A DNA stretch of 64,000 bases from a virus (IMGVR_UViG_3300025011_000038:5949-69948); one strand, 5' to 3'. Shown: positions 17,872 to 28,849, counted from the stretch's first letter. Notes: a model not told the origin generated them from the sequence alone. Numbers and translations are program-made.

Positions 17872-20595
17872 ATGGCAAAACTAACTGCAAAAGAAAAAGA
17901 AGCGTTACGATTTATTAATGAATTAGAACGGCGGCAGAAGGAAGAACATATTCGCTTTATTAGACCTTACGACAAGCAGGAAAAGTTTCTATTATCCAAT
18001 AAAAGGAATAGCTGGATACTTGGTGGGAATCGCACAGGAAAAACGGAATCTGGCGCAATTAGGGCGGTATTCCTTGCTTTAGGTGAGAGAATACGCCCTT
18101 ATCTTATAGATTGGCCGGATGATTTAAGGGAGAAATATGAACCTCTAATAACCCGTTTTGGCGGTAAACCTACTCGCGGTTGGATATGTTCCGTATCCTT
18201 TGAGGTACAAAGGGACGTTACTCAGAAGAAAATATTAGGTGACGTTGAAACCGGAATACCTGGATTGTTACCGTTAAGAGAGATTAAGAAAATAACCTAC
18301 CGCAGTACAGGTATTATAGATACCATACGACTTGTCGGTGGTGGTATTATTGGATTTAAGTCCTATGACCAAGGCAGAGAGAAGTTTCAGGGTTCATCTC
18401 AACATTGGTGTATTGCAGAAGATCAACGTGTATTTATGGCTGACGGAACATATAAACCCATACAAGATGTATGTCCCGGAGATATGGTTGTAACTAAAAA
18501 TGGTTGCGGTAAAATGGTAACCAGAAAAGTAGTTGCTAAGCATGACATGGGAGAAAAACCTGTATTTGATGTTGTTACTGGTAAATCTCCTTGGATACAA
18601 CTTACAGAAGATCACGAAGTATATGTTTCTTCTAAGAAAAAGAAAAAAGTTGTTGATGCTGACAGAATATACTTGTCTGATATGAATTTTCAGCCTAGTA
18701 CAACCGAGAATATGCCGGAAGGCTTTTATCCTTGGTTGGGACTTGTGCTTAGCGAAGGTACCACATCTGAAAAGAAAATAACTATTGGCAGTGAGGAAAT
18801 AGTTGCTGCCGCCAAAGAGTATTTACCTAGCGGTGTATATTTGCGGAAAACTGAGTTTAAAGCCTGCAATCATGTTCCAGATTGGCATATCAATAATTGG
18901 CCTGAGTTCTGGAAGGTAGTACCTGCCGGACTTGCCTATGAGAAATATGTACCAGATTGGGTTTTCCGTTCAGACAAAGAGCATATTGCTCTTTTTTTGC
19001 GTTATCTATTTGCCGGTGATGGTTGGGCAAGCGGTCATACAATTGGCTATGCTTCTACTTCTCGCAGACTGGCAGAAGATGTATGCTTATTATTAAGGCG
19101 CTTAGGTGTACGCTCAAGTTTTACTAAAAAGAAGAGTCAAAAGGTTGGGGTTTGGCGCGACCAATGGTGGGTTATGGTTTGCTCTGCCGACCATGTAGTT
19201 AGGTTTTCCGACAGTATTGGAATAGAGGGTAAGCAAGAAGCAGTTAATGCTGTTGTTTGCGAAGCTAAAAGACGTATAGAGAGTAAAATAAATAATACTG
19301 GTTTCTTAATTCCAAGATGTAAAAACGAAGAAGATAGTTTTAAATGGAAAAAACAAAATAGCAGAGCAAAAGAAACATACGCACGAATTAAAAAACTTAT
19401 TCCCTTGGGAAATAAGAGAACCTATGACCTATCTATAGAAAAGGATCATAGGTTTTTTGTTGGTACTTGCATGGTTTCAAATTGCTGGATGGATGAAGAA
19501 GGACCCAAAGATATCTACACAGAAATAATGATGCGTCTTATGGATACCGAGGGTGACTTATTTGGAACAATGACACCGCTTCAAGGTATGACGTGGGTGT
19601 ATAATGATATTTACCTTAACGACTCAAAACCCATTGAGAAGCGTGACGATGAAATATTCCTGATAATGGTTGAATGGAACGATAACCCTTACTTATCAGC
19701 AAGTGAAAAGAAACGTCTTGAAGCGTCTATGGATGAAGCGGAGTTAGAAGCGCGGAAATATGGGCGTTTTATTATGCCCGGCAAATGTTCCTTTAATATC
19801 GGCAGAATAGCGGAGATGCAGAAGAAATGCTATCCCGGCGAGCGAGGCAACCTTATATGGACAAGTCCTGCAAAGGTACAAGTCTATTGGCAACCAGAAG
19901 AAAAGGGCGAATATGAGGTATGGTTCCATCCTGAGAAGGGCGCAGAGTATTTAGTACCTGCTGACGTTGCAGAAGGTTTAGAGCATGGCGACTTTGATGC
20001 TGTGGGAGTTATTAACCGGCACAGGTTAAGGTTAGATGCTGTATATCATGGACACGTTGAACCGGACGTACTTGCCGATTATATGCGCCGATTAGGGTTT
20101 TACTACGGCATACCGATGTTAATACCTGAAGGCAATAACCACGGATTAACTACGATAAGTCACTTGAAAAAGGATTATTATGATATATATAGAACTCAGG
20201 TTTACGATAAGCGCAGCGACCAAACAAGACAAAAGTTAGGTTGGTATACAACTCCTAAGACTCGTCCGTTAATCGTTGATGCTATTAAAAAGGTTGTGCG
20301 TGAAGGAGTATTCGAGTGCTATTGGAAACGCTTTGTTGATGAAGCAATGAATTTTGTCCGACACCCAAACGGAAAAGAGGCGGCAAGGGGTGGACAGCAT
20401 GACGATGTTATTCTAATGTGCGCTATCGGGGTACATGTTCATATGACTACTGCCTTTAAGAATAACAATAGTATTCCCTTCCTCCCCGGTCAAGATAAGG
20501 GAAGAAGGTTAAACGCTCAGTCAATGGAACAATGGGCAGAGGACGAGGACGATGATGAATATGAAGAAGGATTACCGGGATTTTACGGAATGTAG
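17872..20595 (+). CDS. terL: Terminase large subunit, intein-containing
   Basis: GGNRTGKT Walker A, KSYDQGREKFQG, WMDEE Walker B, TMTP coupling motif, DVAEG and HDD nuclease motifs. Confidence 0.95.
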   Translation: MAKLTAKEKEALRFINELERRQKEEHIRFIRPYDKQEKFLLSNKRNSWILGGNRTGKTESGAIRAVFLALGERIRPYLIDWPDDLREKYEPLITRFGGKPTRGWICSVSFEVQRDVTQKKILGDVETGIPGLLPLREIKKITYRSTGIIDTIRLVGGGIIGFKSYDQGREKFQGSSQHWCIAEDQRVFMADGTYKPIQDVCPGDMVVTKNGCGKMVTRKVVAKHDMGEKPVFDVVTGKSPWIQLTEDHEVYVSSKKKKKVVDADRIYLSDMNFQPSTTENMPEGFYPWLGLVLSEGTTSEKKITIGSEEIVAAAKEYLPSGVYLRKTEFKACNHVPDWHINNWPEFWKVVPAGLAYEKYVPDWVFRSDKEHIALFLRYLFAGDGWASGHTIGYASTSRRLAEDVCLLLRRLGVRSSFTKKKSQKVGVWRDQWWVMVCSADHVVRFSDSIGIEGKQEAVNAVVCEAKRRIESKINNTGFLIPRCKNEEDSFKWKKQNSRAKETYARIKKLIPLGNKRTYDLSIEKDHRFFVGTCMVSNCWMDEEGPKDIYTEIMMRLMDTEGDLFGTMTPLQGMTWVYNDIYLNDSKPIEKRDDEIFLIMVEWNDNPYLSASEKKRLEASMDEAELEARKYGRFIMPGKCSFNIGRIAEMQKKCYPGERGNLIWTSPAKVQVYWQPEEKGEYEVWFHPEKGAEYLVPADVAEGLEHGDFDAVGVINRHRLRLDAVYHGHVEPDVLADYMRRLGFYYGIPMLIPEGNNHGLTTISHLKKDYYDIYRTQVYDKRSDQTRQKLGWYTTPKTRPLIVDAIKKVVREGVFECYWKRFVDEAMNFVRHPNGKEAARGGQHDDVILMCAIGVHVHMTTAFKNNNSIPFLPGQDKGRRLNAQSMEQWAEDEDDDEYEEGLPGFYGM
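18409..19482 (+). mobile_element. Intein with LAGLIDADG homing endonuclease (358 aa)
   Basis: Starts CIAEDQRV, block B LTEDH, LGLVLSEG and LRYLFAGDG motifs, block F TYDLSIE, ends VSN followed by Cys+1. Confidence 0.92.
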
Positions 20596-20615
20596 GAATA
20601 GAAGGGAGAACTCAA

Positions 20616-22377
20616 ATGGATCATGTATTTGAAAATGCGGAAAAAGTTTCTAAAGTAGCAATAACTGTAAGGGTGTACGATGCTGATGGAGAGATACCGT
20701 TAATCGCATACACAAAAGGAATGGACCTTTATGGTTGTAGTAGTGTGTGGGAGAAAGTAAAAAGACTACAGGACCTAGTGTGTGCCGCATATCGTACACT
20801 GCAATATTTGGTCGGTGTAAATATTAAGGAACCGCACAGTACGGTAAACTTTAATACTCCGAGAAGGGAGAACCTAGATGATAAAGACATTGCAAGAACT
20901 TAGGAAATTTTTATTATCAATGCCACAATCGCATATACTTGATTCTGGACTTGGTTGCGAAGATGCTATAAAAATGATAACAGTATTATGGAAGCATGGA
21001 AGAAAATTTAAAACTGCAACCACAGATAAGTTAATTACTGTTTACCATATAGACGACTTGGTACCTACTCACATAAAAATGGTTACAGATGAAATTGAGT
21101 ATCAGAAATCGCTAGACAGAAGGGTACTTGTCAGACGCGTTACTTCCGGTAATATTCCTTCTGATCTTATAAATTTCGGGTATGATTGGGTTTATTTGAT
21201 TACTCGTATACAGTGTGGGTATAAAGGTTCAACTATAACACCAGAAGAATATGAGGAGTTTATTGGTTCTAATAATAAACCTACTAGGCCGGAAGAAGTT
21301 ATCTGGTTAAAAGATAAAGATATGTTTGAAAAATACTATGTGCCTAAATATGGAATTGATTTTCTAATTAAGGGGAGAACCTATAATGTCAGATACTAAA
21401 AAACCGCTTGTTTTAGAATATCAAGAAACTCTAAACAAGCAGATTAAGAGTTTAAGCGACACTATATTTCATATGTCAACTACCGTTATTATTTGCAAAA
21501 CAAATGAGCGTAAGGCAGGAGAGATTATTCCTTTAGATAGTATTAACTATTCATTAATAAATGGCGGTAGCGACATTGATGCCGACACAATCAAAACTCT
21601 AGTCGATACAGAGTTAAAACTTATGCGGGCAGTCCTATCCCTAGAGGGCGTTGATATTCCCCTTGAGTATCCAGAAGGTACGCATGAGGATGATGTAAAG
21701 CAGGTAGAAACTGCCGAGGAACGCAACGCAAGAGAGGAAGAAAAGGGGTTTTATAGTTGAGAAAGTGTAAGGTATGCGGAAAACCGGAAACAGATTTTGA
21801 GAGCGTAAGCAAGTTTCTCCTTCATTGCCGACTATGCAAGAAAGAAGCAGGCAAAGACAGTCACATAAGCGAAACTCCCAACGATGAAGAATTTATCGAA
21901 GTGCCTGACGTTACCGAAGAACCGGAAACAGAGGAACCGGACAACTCTATATCAATACCGCTATCTATTTGCCCGAAGGAATTGGGATATTTAGCGGATG
22001 ATAAGTTAATTAAGATAATGGTTATCGGCAGGAAACAGGGAGATAGGTTTGTGATTGAAGAAACTAAGTATAAATAGGGAGAACCTTAAATGAGCGAATC
22101 AACAATCAGGCAGGTATTAAGAGAACATGATTTAATGCTTACCATTAATAATATGCGGTGGATGTCTACGTGTCATAAAGAATTAAAAATAAAAATTATA
22201 TTTTTATTGGGTGAATCTAAAATATACTACACTGGAGAACATAGGGAAATTGACGGTTGCTATATTATTAATGACGCTGTTGTTTTGACAACTAACGAAC
22301 TTATGTTTAGTGATACCGTAAGAGTACCTATTAATCATGTGATGTTTATTTGTGACATGCCTAAATACAATAGTTAA
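20616..22377 (+). CDS. Five hypothetical proteins between terL and portal (20616..20903, 20878..21399, 21386..21760, 21757..22077, 22090..22377)
   Basis: Overlapping co-oriented ORFs, several sharing the leader GGGAGAAC(C/T). Confidence 0.75.
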
Positions 22378-22400
22378 AACGGATAACCGGAGGATTGAAA

Positions 22401-22535
22401 ATGCAACTAACTGATGCAGAAAAGAAAGTCATTTCAGAACTACACAACCTTGGAGGTTGGGGTACGCTCACCGTCAAAGTAAAGGGCGGCAGAGTAGTTA
22501 TGATTAGTCCTACTAAGGACATTAAATTAGATTAG
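22401..22535 (+). CDS. DUF2292/YezD-like small protein (44 aa, not in ORF track)
   Basis: GGAGG RBS; MQLTDAEKKVISELHNLGGWGTLTVKVKGGRVVMISPTKDIKLD. Confidence 0.7.
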   Translation: MQLTDAEKKVISELHNLGGWGTLTVKVKGGRVVMISPTKDIKLD

Positions 22536-22547
22536 GAGGTGATAACG

Positions 22548-22661
22548 ATGGCAGGCTGTAAGGGCGGTAAAGGAATGAAGGGCATGGGCAAAGGAATGTC
22601 TATGTCTAAGTCAGACAAGAAAGAAATGGGCATGGGCAAGGGTTACGGTAAGAAGAAATAG
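22548..22661 (+). CDS. 37-aa Gly/Lys/Met-rich basic peptide (not in ORF track)
   Basis: AGGAGGTG RBS; MAGCKGGKGMKGMGKGMSMSKSDKKEMGMGKGYGKKK. Confidence 0.75.
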   Translation: MAGCKGGKGMKGMGKGMSMSKSDKKEMGMGKGYGKKK

Positions 22662-22706
22662 TTTTTATTAGTTTAACTAAATAACCAATATCTCGAATCG
22701 AGAACG

Positions 22707-22770
22707 ATAGGGATAGGGCGTAACAGAGTACCATTATTGGTATTGTGCTATGTCCTATCCCTATTTTTTA
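22707..22770 (+). terminator. Long hairpin with U-tract upstream of portal
   Basis: ATAGGGATAGGGC...GTCCTATCCCTAT followed by TTTTT. Confidence 0.7.
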
Positions 22771-22790
22771 TGCCCAAAAGGTGGTGAATT

Positions 22791-24806
22791 ATGGAAAGCG
22801 TAAGAGGAAATTCAAAAGCAGAAAGCGATGCCGTTAGAACCTGTATGGATTGGTATGACGATGATAAGGCGGCAAGGCAATTCTATGTTGATGAAATGCG
22901 TGAAATGTATAAACTCTATACCTCTAGGCACTGGGATTTGCTTGGCCCGAATGGTAATCCGCTAAGAACCGAGGCACAGCAACAGAACCGTCCTAACAGC
23001 GTTGAAAATATTACCTTTTCTCTAATAGAAGGTACGGTTTCCGAGTTTGCCAATGAGATAGAACTTATCGACCAAGGCGTTGAACCGGGTGACGAAGAAA
23101 AGTCCAATATTATGACCGATCTTAAAAAATTCATATTCTATAAAAACAAGCTAACATCCGAGAGAATTAAGTTTCTTCGGTGGTTTTTTCTTTATGGTAC
23201 AGGTATTTGGCATATCTATTGGGACTCTAATTGGCGAGGCGGTAAAGGTCCGAACCGTTGGGAAGGTGATGTGCGCTGGAAAGCATTGCATCCTTTATGT
23301 TTAGTACCTGATGCACGTTGTCGTGAGGATATTAACGAAGGTAATCGTTGCCATAAACCTGTATGGCGCACAATGGAGTACATTGCCGACAACTTCCCTG
23401 ATAGGGCAAAGTTGGTACAGGAACAAGGACTACACGATGATGATTTATTAGATACTGACCAACTTGATACCGAGGGATTTAGTCGCTCATACAATCAAGA
23501 ACAAGTACCAGTTATTGAAACATGGTACATCGGTAGGCCTTTGATTTTAGCAGAAGGTGAGCAGGATCAAGGGATAGGTTTACACGTTATCTTGTGGGCA
23601 GGGGAACATCAAGGGGTTTATCTTAAGCATAACAACTATATGTATTTTGATCCCGGTGAAACTCCGATATTTCCGTTTATTGTGCGGCAAAGATACCCAA
23701 GGGAAAACAGTGTTTGGGGATTTGGTGATGCCTTTTATCTTAAAAATCCGCAAATTGTTAGGAATAAAACTGCTGAGATTATACTTGAAGGCCATATTCA
23801 TGGGGCGATTGGCCAAACATGGTATGACGAGAGGGCACTAACAAGTAGGCAAAAACGACTTATTGAGGAGCGTGGTACTGCCCCTGGTATGTGGTTTCCT
23901 GTTGCCGATATTAATGGGGTTAAGCGAGAGCATGGGCAACCTATCCCTGGCAGTTTAATAGCTGAAATGGGAAGGTTACAGGCATCTATGGAGGGTATGA
24001 TTGGTCGCTTTGATGTAAGTCAAGGCAGAACCCCCGGCAGCGTAACCGCATTTAAGGCAATTGCCGAGTTGGTATCGCAGGCTAAAATACGGCTAAGAAC
24101 AGCAGAGCAGGCTATTAATTCATCCTATGAGGATGCGGGACAATTTACTAACCGCTTAATCGGCAAGTATTACACCGAGCAAAGAACCTACCGCATAAAC
24201 GGCAAGGGAAGTGGCGGCAACGAAAAGGAAGGTTATCAATACAACACATTTAATGCCGATGAAATGAAAAAAGTTTACGACAGGGAGAGCGGTGTAACTG
24301 TTCCCTTGAGTGAGATAGGAAGGTTCAATGACGGGGAAATGGTAATGCCTGATGGTAGGGAGATTGATTCCGATACCTATTCTAAAGAATTCGAAGAATA
24401 CTTCCCCGACTTTGACTGCTACTGTAAAGTATCATCCGTGATACCGTCTGACCGCATGTATCATATGGAAATTGCTAAAGAGTTGTTGGTAGCTAGTGTT
24501 ATCGATCCTGAGACATTCTTCTACGTTATGGAATATGGCAAGTTTCCTCCTATCCCAGAAGTTATGGCGAGGATGAATAAGCAGAAGGAAGAACAGCAAC
24601 GGATGACAATGGAACAGGAAATGATGAAAAATAATCCTATGATAAATCAACAACCTCCTATACAGGAAGAAGTACCGCAACAAGGTAATGAGTTAGAACA
24701 AATGCTATCTCAGTTACCACCAGAAATTAGAGAATATCTAATTTCACTGCCACCTGAACAAATGATGGCAGAACTGCAAGCAATAATTCAGCAACAAGGT
24801 ATGTAA
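22791..24806 (+). CDS. Portal protein (P22-like/podoviral)
   Basis: 671 aa after terL; RP..VENITF..IEG, GTGIWH.YWD, SVWGFG, DVSQGRTPGSVTA; Q-rich tail. Confidence 0.9.
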   Translation: MESVRGNSKAESDAVRTCMDWYDDDKAARQFYVDEMREMYKLYTSRHWDLLGPNGNPLRTEAQQQNRPNSVENITFSLIEGTVSEFANEIELIDQGVEPGDEEKSNIMTDLKKFIFYKNKLTSERIKFLRWFFLYGTGIWHIYWDSNWRGGKGPNRWEGDVRWKALHPLCLVPDARCREDINEGNRCHKPVWRTMEYIADNFPDRAKLVQEQGLHDDDLLDTDQLDTEGFSRSYNQEQVPVIETWYIGRPLILAEGEQDQGIGLHVILWAGEHQGVYLKHNNYMYFDPGETPIFPFIVRQRYPRENSVWGFGDAFYLKNPQIVRNKTAEIILEGHIHGAIGQTWYDERALTSRQKRLIEERGTAPGMWFPVADINGVKREHGQPIPGSLIAEMGRLQASMEGMIGRFDVSQGRTPGSVTAFKAIAELVSQAKIRLRTAEQAINSSYEDAGQFTNRLIGKYYTEQRTYRINGKGSGGNEKEGYQYNTFNADEMKKVYDRESGVTVPLSEIGRFNDGEMVMPDGREIDSDTYSKEFEEYFPDFDCYCKVSSVIPSDRMYHMEIAKELLVASVIDPETFFYVMEYGKFPPIPEVMARMNKQKEEQQRMTMEQEMMKNNPMINQQPPIQEEVPQQGNELEQMLSQLPPEIREYLISLPPEQMMAELQAIIQQQGM

Positions 24807-24924
24807 TATAAATGTCTGAAACGTGCTGTAGACTAAAACCGCATGGCATAGTCCAAAACATGCTTATGACTCTAAACTGTGCAAGGATATTATAACCGAC
24901 GGGTTTAAAACGGGAGGCAATAAT

Positions 24925-25905
24925 ATGTTAGATTTATTAGGACTTAAGGCAACGGAAGATAAATTCTTAGGCAGATTTAATCGTGCTTTAATGATAAGAA
25001 ATGATGGCTTTTCCGGTGGTGGTTTTGTAGATGATACCGAAGTTGACGATCCTAATATTGCCGATAAAGACGATGATAAGGACGTTGAACTTGTTGACCT
25101 AATTACTGACGATGAAGGCTTAGAGGACGATAATTCTGGCGAAGAAAATGACTCAGAGGAAGAAGAAGTCAAGAAAGAACCAGAAGTCAAAAAAGAACCT
25201 ACTCCTAAAGAAAAAACCTACACTAAGGCAGAAATGCAGGCTGAAATTGACCGAGTTTTAGCCGATAGACTTGCCCGCGAGAGAGCAAAACTTGAAGCTG
25301 ATAAGCAGGCAGAAAAACGTCAGGCACAGGTAGAGGCAGAAGCAAAAAATTATTGGTCAGAGCAGCAGGCAGAGAAAGAGGAATACTTTACTGCCCTTGG
25401 TTTTGATGAAACTAAGGCAAAGAAACTTGCTTCGGAAGAAATCAAAAAGGAACAGAGAATTGCCAGACTAGAACAAGAACTCATTAACGCTAAACAGCAG
25501 ATTGAGTTTACTGGCAAGTCAACTGACTATGAGAGACAAAAGCAGGCGGTTCTAAATAGTAATCCTCAAATTAGGCCATATGCAACCATGTACGCCGCCG
25601 AGATTGATGCGGTAAGTCAAAATGGTGCATCTGTTGATTTTGAAACTGCTATGAAGTTTGTCATTGGGGAAAAGTTTGCTTCTGGAGAATTGAGTAAAAA
25701 GGTAAAAACTGCCGCCGAACAAAAGACTCTTGCTAACATTAAAGGTCGTCAAAAACTTAAGGTTGAAGATGCTAACCTGCCGGGAAGTAAGTCCTCCGAG
25801 CAGGTTGATTTAACTCCATTACAAAAACTTTTCGCCGCAAGACTTGATATGTCTGAAAAAGATTTTGCCTCCGGTATAGTAAAAAAATCTAAGAAAAGAA
25901 GGTAG
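24925..25905 (+). CDS. Capsid scaffolding protein
   Basis: Acidic N-terminus, KTYTKAEMQAEIDRVLADRLARE coiled coil; between portal and capsid. Confidence 0.8.
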   Translation: MLDLLGLKATEDKFLGRFNRALMIRNDGFSGGGFVDDTEVDDPNIADKDDDKDVELVDLITDDEGLEDDNSGEENDSEEEEVKKEPEVKKEPTPKEKTYTKAEMQAEIDRVLADRLARERAKLEADKQAEKRQAQVEAEAKNYWSEQQAEKEEYFTALGFDETKAKKLASEEIKKEQRIARLEQELINAKQQIEFTGKSTDYERQKQAVLNSNPQIRPYATMYAAEIDAVSQNGASVDFETAMKFVIGEKFASGELSKKVKTAAEQKTLANIKGRQKLKVEDANLPGSKSSEQVDLTPLQKLFAARLDMSEKDFASGIVKKSKKRR

Positions 25906-25914
25906 GTTGAGAAA

Positions 25915-26613
25915 ATGGCTTTAACTGCATCGAGAACTACTAATGGCTTTGAGCCGAAATATAACAAACTTGGCGGGATTGTTGATAATGCCGTTGAGTA
26001 TGAATTGACTCCCGGTGCTGCCTTTAGTGCAGGGGATATGGTTGTATTGACTGCCAACAAGGTCGCTAAAGCAGCAGCAAACGCAACTAACGTACTTGGC
26101 GTAATGGCTGAGACTATTGCGGCAGCAGACAATCCGGCAACAACTAAAACTATGGGCAGGGTCTACGATAACCCCTTTATCGTTTACCGTTGTTCGTTTG
26201 CTGACCATAGGGATGCTTCTGCAACAGGTGGTACAACTACTACTTTAGTTGATACCGCACTAAGTACATCATCCGATGATGATTGGAACGGTGCATTGCT
26301 TTACATCTACGAAGGTCCAGCTGTAGGAAGTATTCGTACCGTCAAGGACTACACTGGTTCCTCTGATACACTGACCGTTGAGGAACCATTCCCGACTGCT
26401 CCGACTACCGCAAGTAAGTATATCCTACTTGGTGCTGGCGGCGCGGGTGACGTTATTAATAGGGGTAGTATCGGCGTTGATTTGAAGGATGAAAATACCA
26501 TTGATGCTAACGCTACTATCGCTAATGAGGCAGGTCCGTTGGTTGTTATGGCCATTGATCCTGCTAATCTGATGATGGACGTTATGATTCGCAAGCACAT
26601 CTACAACGCATAG
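25915..26613 (+). CDS. Capsid cement/decoration protein
   Basis: AFSAGDMVVL...VLGVMAE pattern immediately before the major capsid gene. Confidence 0.65.
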   Translation: MALTASRTTNGFEPKYNKLGGIVDNAVEYELTPGAAFSAGDMVVLTANKVAKAAANATNVLGVMAETIAAADNPATTKTMGRVYDNPFIVYRCSFADHRDASATGGTTTTLVDTALSTSSDDDWNGALLYIYEGPAVGSIRTVKDYTGSSDTLTVEEPFPTAPTTASKYILLGAGGAGDVINRGSIGVDLKDENTIDANATIANEAGPLVVMAIDPANLMMDVMIRKHIYNA

Positions 26614-26700
26614 CAGTAACCGCAAAATAAAAATAAAAATTAAATGACAAAAGACTTAGGCAATTGCGCCTGGGTCTTTTTGTTTTGAGGAGGAAAACAA

Positions 26701-27603
26701 ATGCCGTTAATTTCCGACAATTGGGCAGAACAACTTGAGCCAGGTTTAAGGAAGATTTTTGACTTGGCCGGGAAAAAAGAAAAAGACTATCTTGGTCTGA
26801 TGTATAACGTGGAGAACTCCACAAAGGCACAGGAAACTAATCAGGGTATCGGTGACTTGGGGTTAATGGAAGAATGGGGCGCAACCGGGAATAAGGTTGC
26901 TTATGAGGACTTCAAGAAAGGTTTCACCCAAAACTACATTCACCGCAAATATTCTAAGGGTACACAGATTGAGCGCGAGTTAGTTGACGATGAACAATAC
27001 GGCGAGATTAAAAAACGTGTTCGTAACCTTCGGATGGTTGAGTACAGAACCATTCAATACCATGCGGCAATCCCTTTTAATAACGCTTTTAATGCTTCTT
27101 ATGCCGGTCCTGATGGGGTTGCTCTTTGTTCCGCATCCCACCCGAAAGCGCCGGGAAGTTCTGCTGTAACCTCTAACTTTGGCGCATATGAATTAAATGC
27201 CGCTAATGTGACTACCGTCAGAAACAATATGCGCCGGTGGGAGGACGATAAGGGTAATCCGTTCTTGGTCATGCCGGATACTCTGATTGTGCCGACTGAA
27301 CTTTTTGAACCTGCGAGGGTTATTGCTGATACTGAGGAAAAACCTGGAACAACCGATCACGGCGTAAACGTTTGGAAAGGCGTGTTTAATGTAGTTGAAT
27401 GGCCTTGGTTAACTGATCCGAACGCTTGGTTTCTTGCTGATAGCGAAAGAATGAAGCAATTTTTAAATTGGTATTGGAGGAGAAAGCCAGGATTTAAAGC
27501 AACTGAGGACTTCGATACTGAGATTGCTAAGTATGCGACAATTGCACGTTTCAGTTATGGTTGGGACGACTTTAGTTGGATTTATGGCTGCAATCCTAGC
27601 TAG
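26701..27603 (+). CDS. Major capsid protein (Mu gpT-like)
   Basis: LEPGLRKIF, GPDGVALCSASHP, PDTLIVP.EL, PWLTDPNAWFL, RFSYGW. Confidence 0.9.
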   Translation: MPLISDNWAEQLEPGLRKIFDLAGKKEKDYLGLMYNVENSTKAQETNQGIGDLGLMEEWGATGNKVAYEDFKKGFTQNYIHRKYSKGTQIERELVDDEQYGEIKKRVRNLRMVEYRTIQYHAAIPFNNAFNASYAGPDGVALCSASHPKAPGSSAVTSNFGAYELNAANVTTVRNNMRRWEDDKGNPFLVMPDTLIVPTELFEPARVIADTEEKPGTTDHGVNVWKGVFNVVEWPWLTDPNAWFLADSERMKQFLNWYWRRKPGFKATEDFDTEIAKYATIARFSYGWDDFSWIYGCNPS

Positions 27604-27658
27604 GACTAATAACTATTAGGCAGGGCGATAAACCCTGCCTTTTCTGTTTATATAGGAG

Positions 27659-28849
27659 GTGTTTCAAATTTCTATCATAGAAGGTAAAAACCCGGTAGGT
27701 GAAAGTGCAGCAAAACAAAATCCAGTCAGTATCGGCGGTGTTGACGCAAGTAATAATATTGTCGGCCTTGTCTTAGGTGCTGATGGTTCGTTGTTATTGC
27801 CTGCTGATGCGGCAACGGAAACAACTCTTGAAGCAGCGCGAGCATTATTGGCAAGTTTGGATGGTAAAGATTTTGCTACACAAACGACACTTGCTAGTAT
27901 ACTCGCTAAAATTATTACTGCCCCAGCAACTGAGGCGAAGCAGGACACGTTGATCGCTAAGGATTTTGCTACTCAAGCTACTTTGGCTGAAATAAAAAAT
28001 TTCGATGGTGGCATAGCTACCGGGGGCAGTAAGACAACCATAATTGACACCGGCAAGGACTGGGAAACTAACATGTTCGCCGGTCATACAGTTAAGGTTT
28101 CTGTTGGAGAAAAAGAATACTTGCGTACAGTTTCTAGTAATACGGCAGACACATTAACTATGGCAACTCTCCCTGGTGCGGCGGCATCGGCTATAATCGG
28201 TACTCCCGGAACAGCAGAGGTAACTGTAACGGTTGCTACTGAGGGAATAGGAGGCAACGAATACACAGCAGAGGTCGTCGAAGCTCCTGGTGATGATGAT
28301 AATTTAAGCGCTTCATTAACTGGACTTGTTCTGACTGTCTACCTTGGAAAGACTGGTGGCGTACTTGATAATGCTAAAAATACTGCTACATTGGTAGCGG
28401 CGGCAATTGATACGATACCTGAGTTTACTGCCGCAATGACTGGTTCCGGCGGCGTTGTGCCTGTAGCGGCAGCTGTTCCGTTTACTGGTGGTGTTGCTGT
28501 GGTAAATGTTTCAGCAGGATCAGAATACCAGATTATGCGGAAAACCCATGTCCAGCTAACTGGTAGTTTAATCGCCAAGGAAACCAACAAAGCGGTTACA
28601 GTAGATACGGACATTTTGACCGATTATACTGCGACGGCAAATAGTAATTCTGCCTTAATGGTTTCAACTAACACTGCAGGTATTTTGAAACTGGAAGTTG
28701 ATGGAGTTCTGGGTAGTCTTAATTCCGGCACCGCTTTGGATGCCGGTAAATGGTATGCCTTTGATGTGCTCATGACTGATGGTTCGGTTTACAACCTGCA
28801 ATTTTCGGTAAATGCCACTATGCAAATCAAATGGATTGGGGGTATTTAA
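27659..28849 (+). CDS. Virion structural/appendage protein
   Basis: Ala/Thr/Gly-rich, KDFATQ repeats, VQLTGS junction before a C-terminal beta domain. Confidence 0.65.
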   Translation: MFQISIIEGKNPVGESAAKQNPVSIGGVDASNNIVGLVLGADGSLLLPADAATETTLEAARALLASLDGKDFATQTTLASILAKIITAPATEAKQDTLIAKDFATQATLAEIKNFDGGIATGGSKTTIIDTGKDWETNMFAGHTVKVSVGEKEYLRTVSSNTADTLTMATLPGAAASAIIGTPGTAEVTVTVATEGIGGNEYTAEVVEAPGDDDNLSASLTGLVLTVYLGKTGGVLDNAKNTATLVAAAIDTIPEFTAAMTGSGGVVPVAAAVPFTGGVAVVNVSAGSEYQIMRKTHVQLTGSLIAKETNKAVTVDTDILTDYTATANSNSALMVSTNTAGILKLEVDGVLGSLNSGTALDAGKWYAFDVLMTDGSVYNLQFSVNATMQIKWIGGI

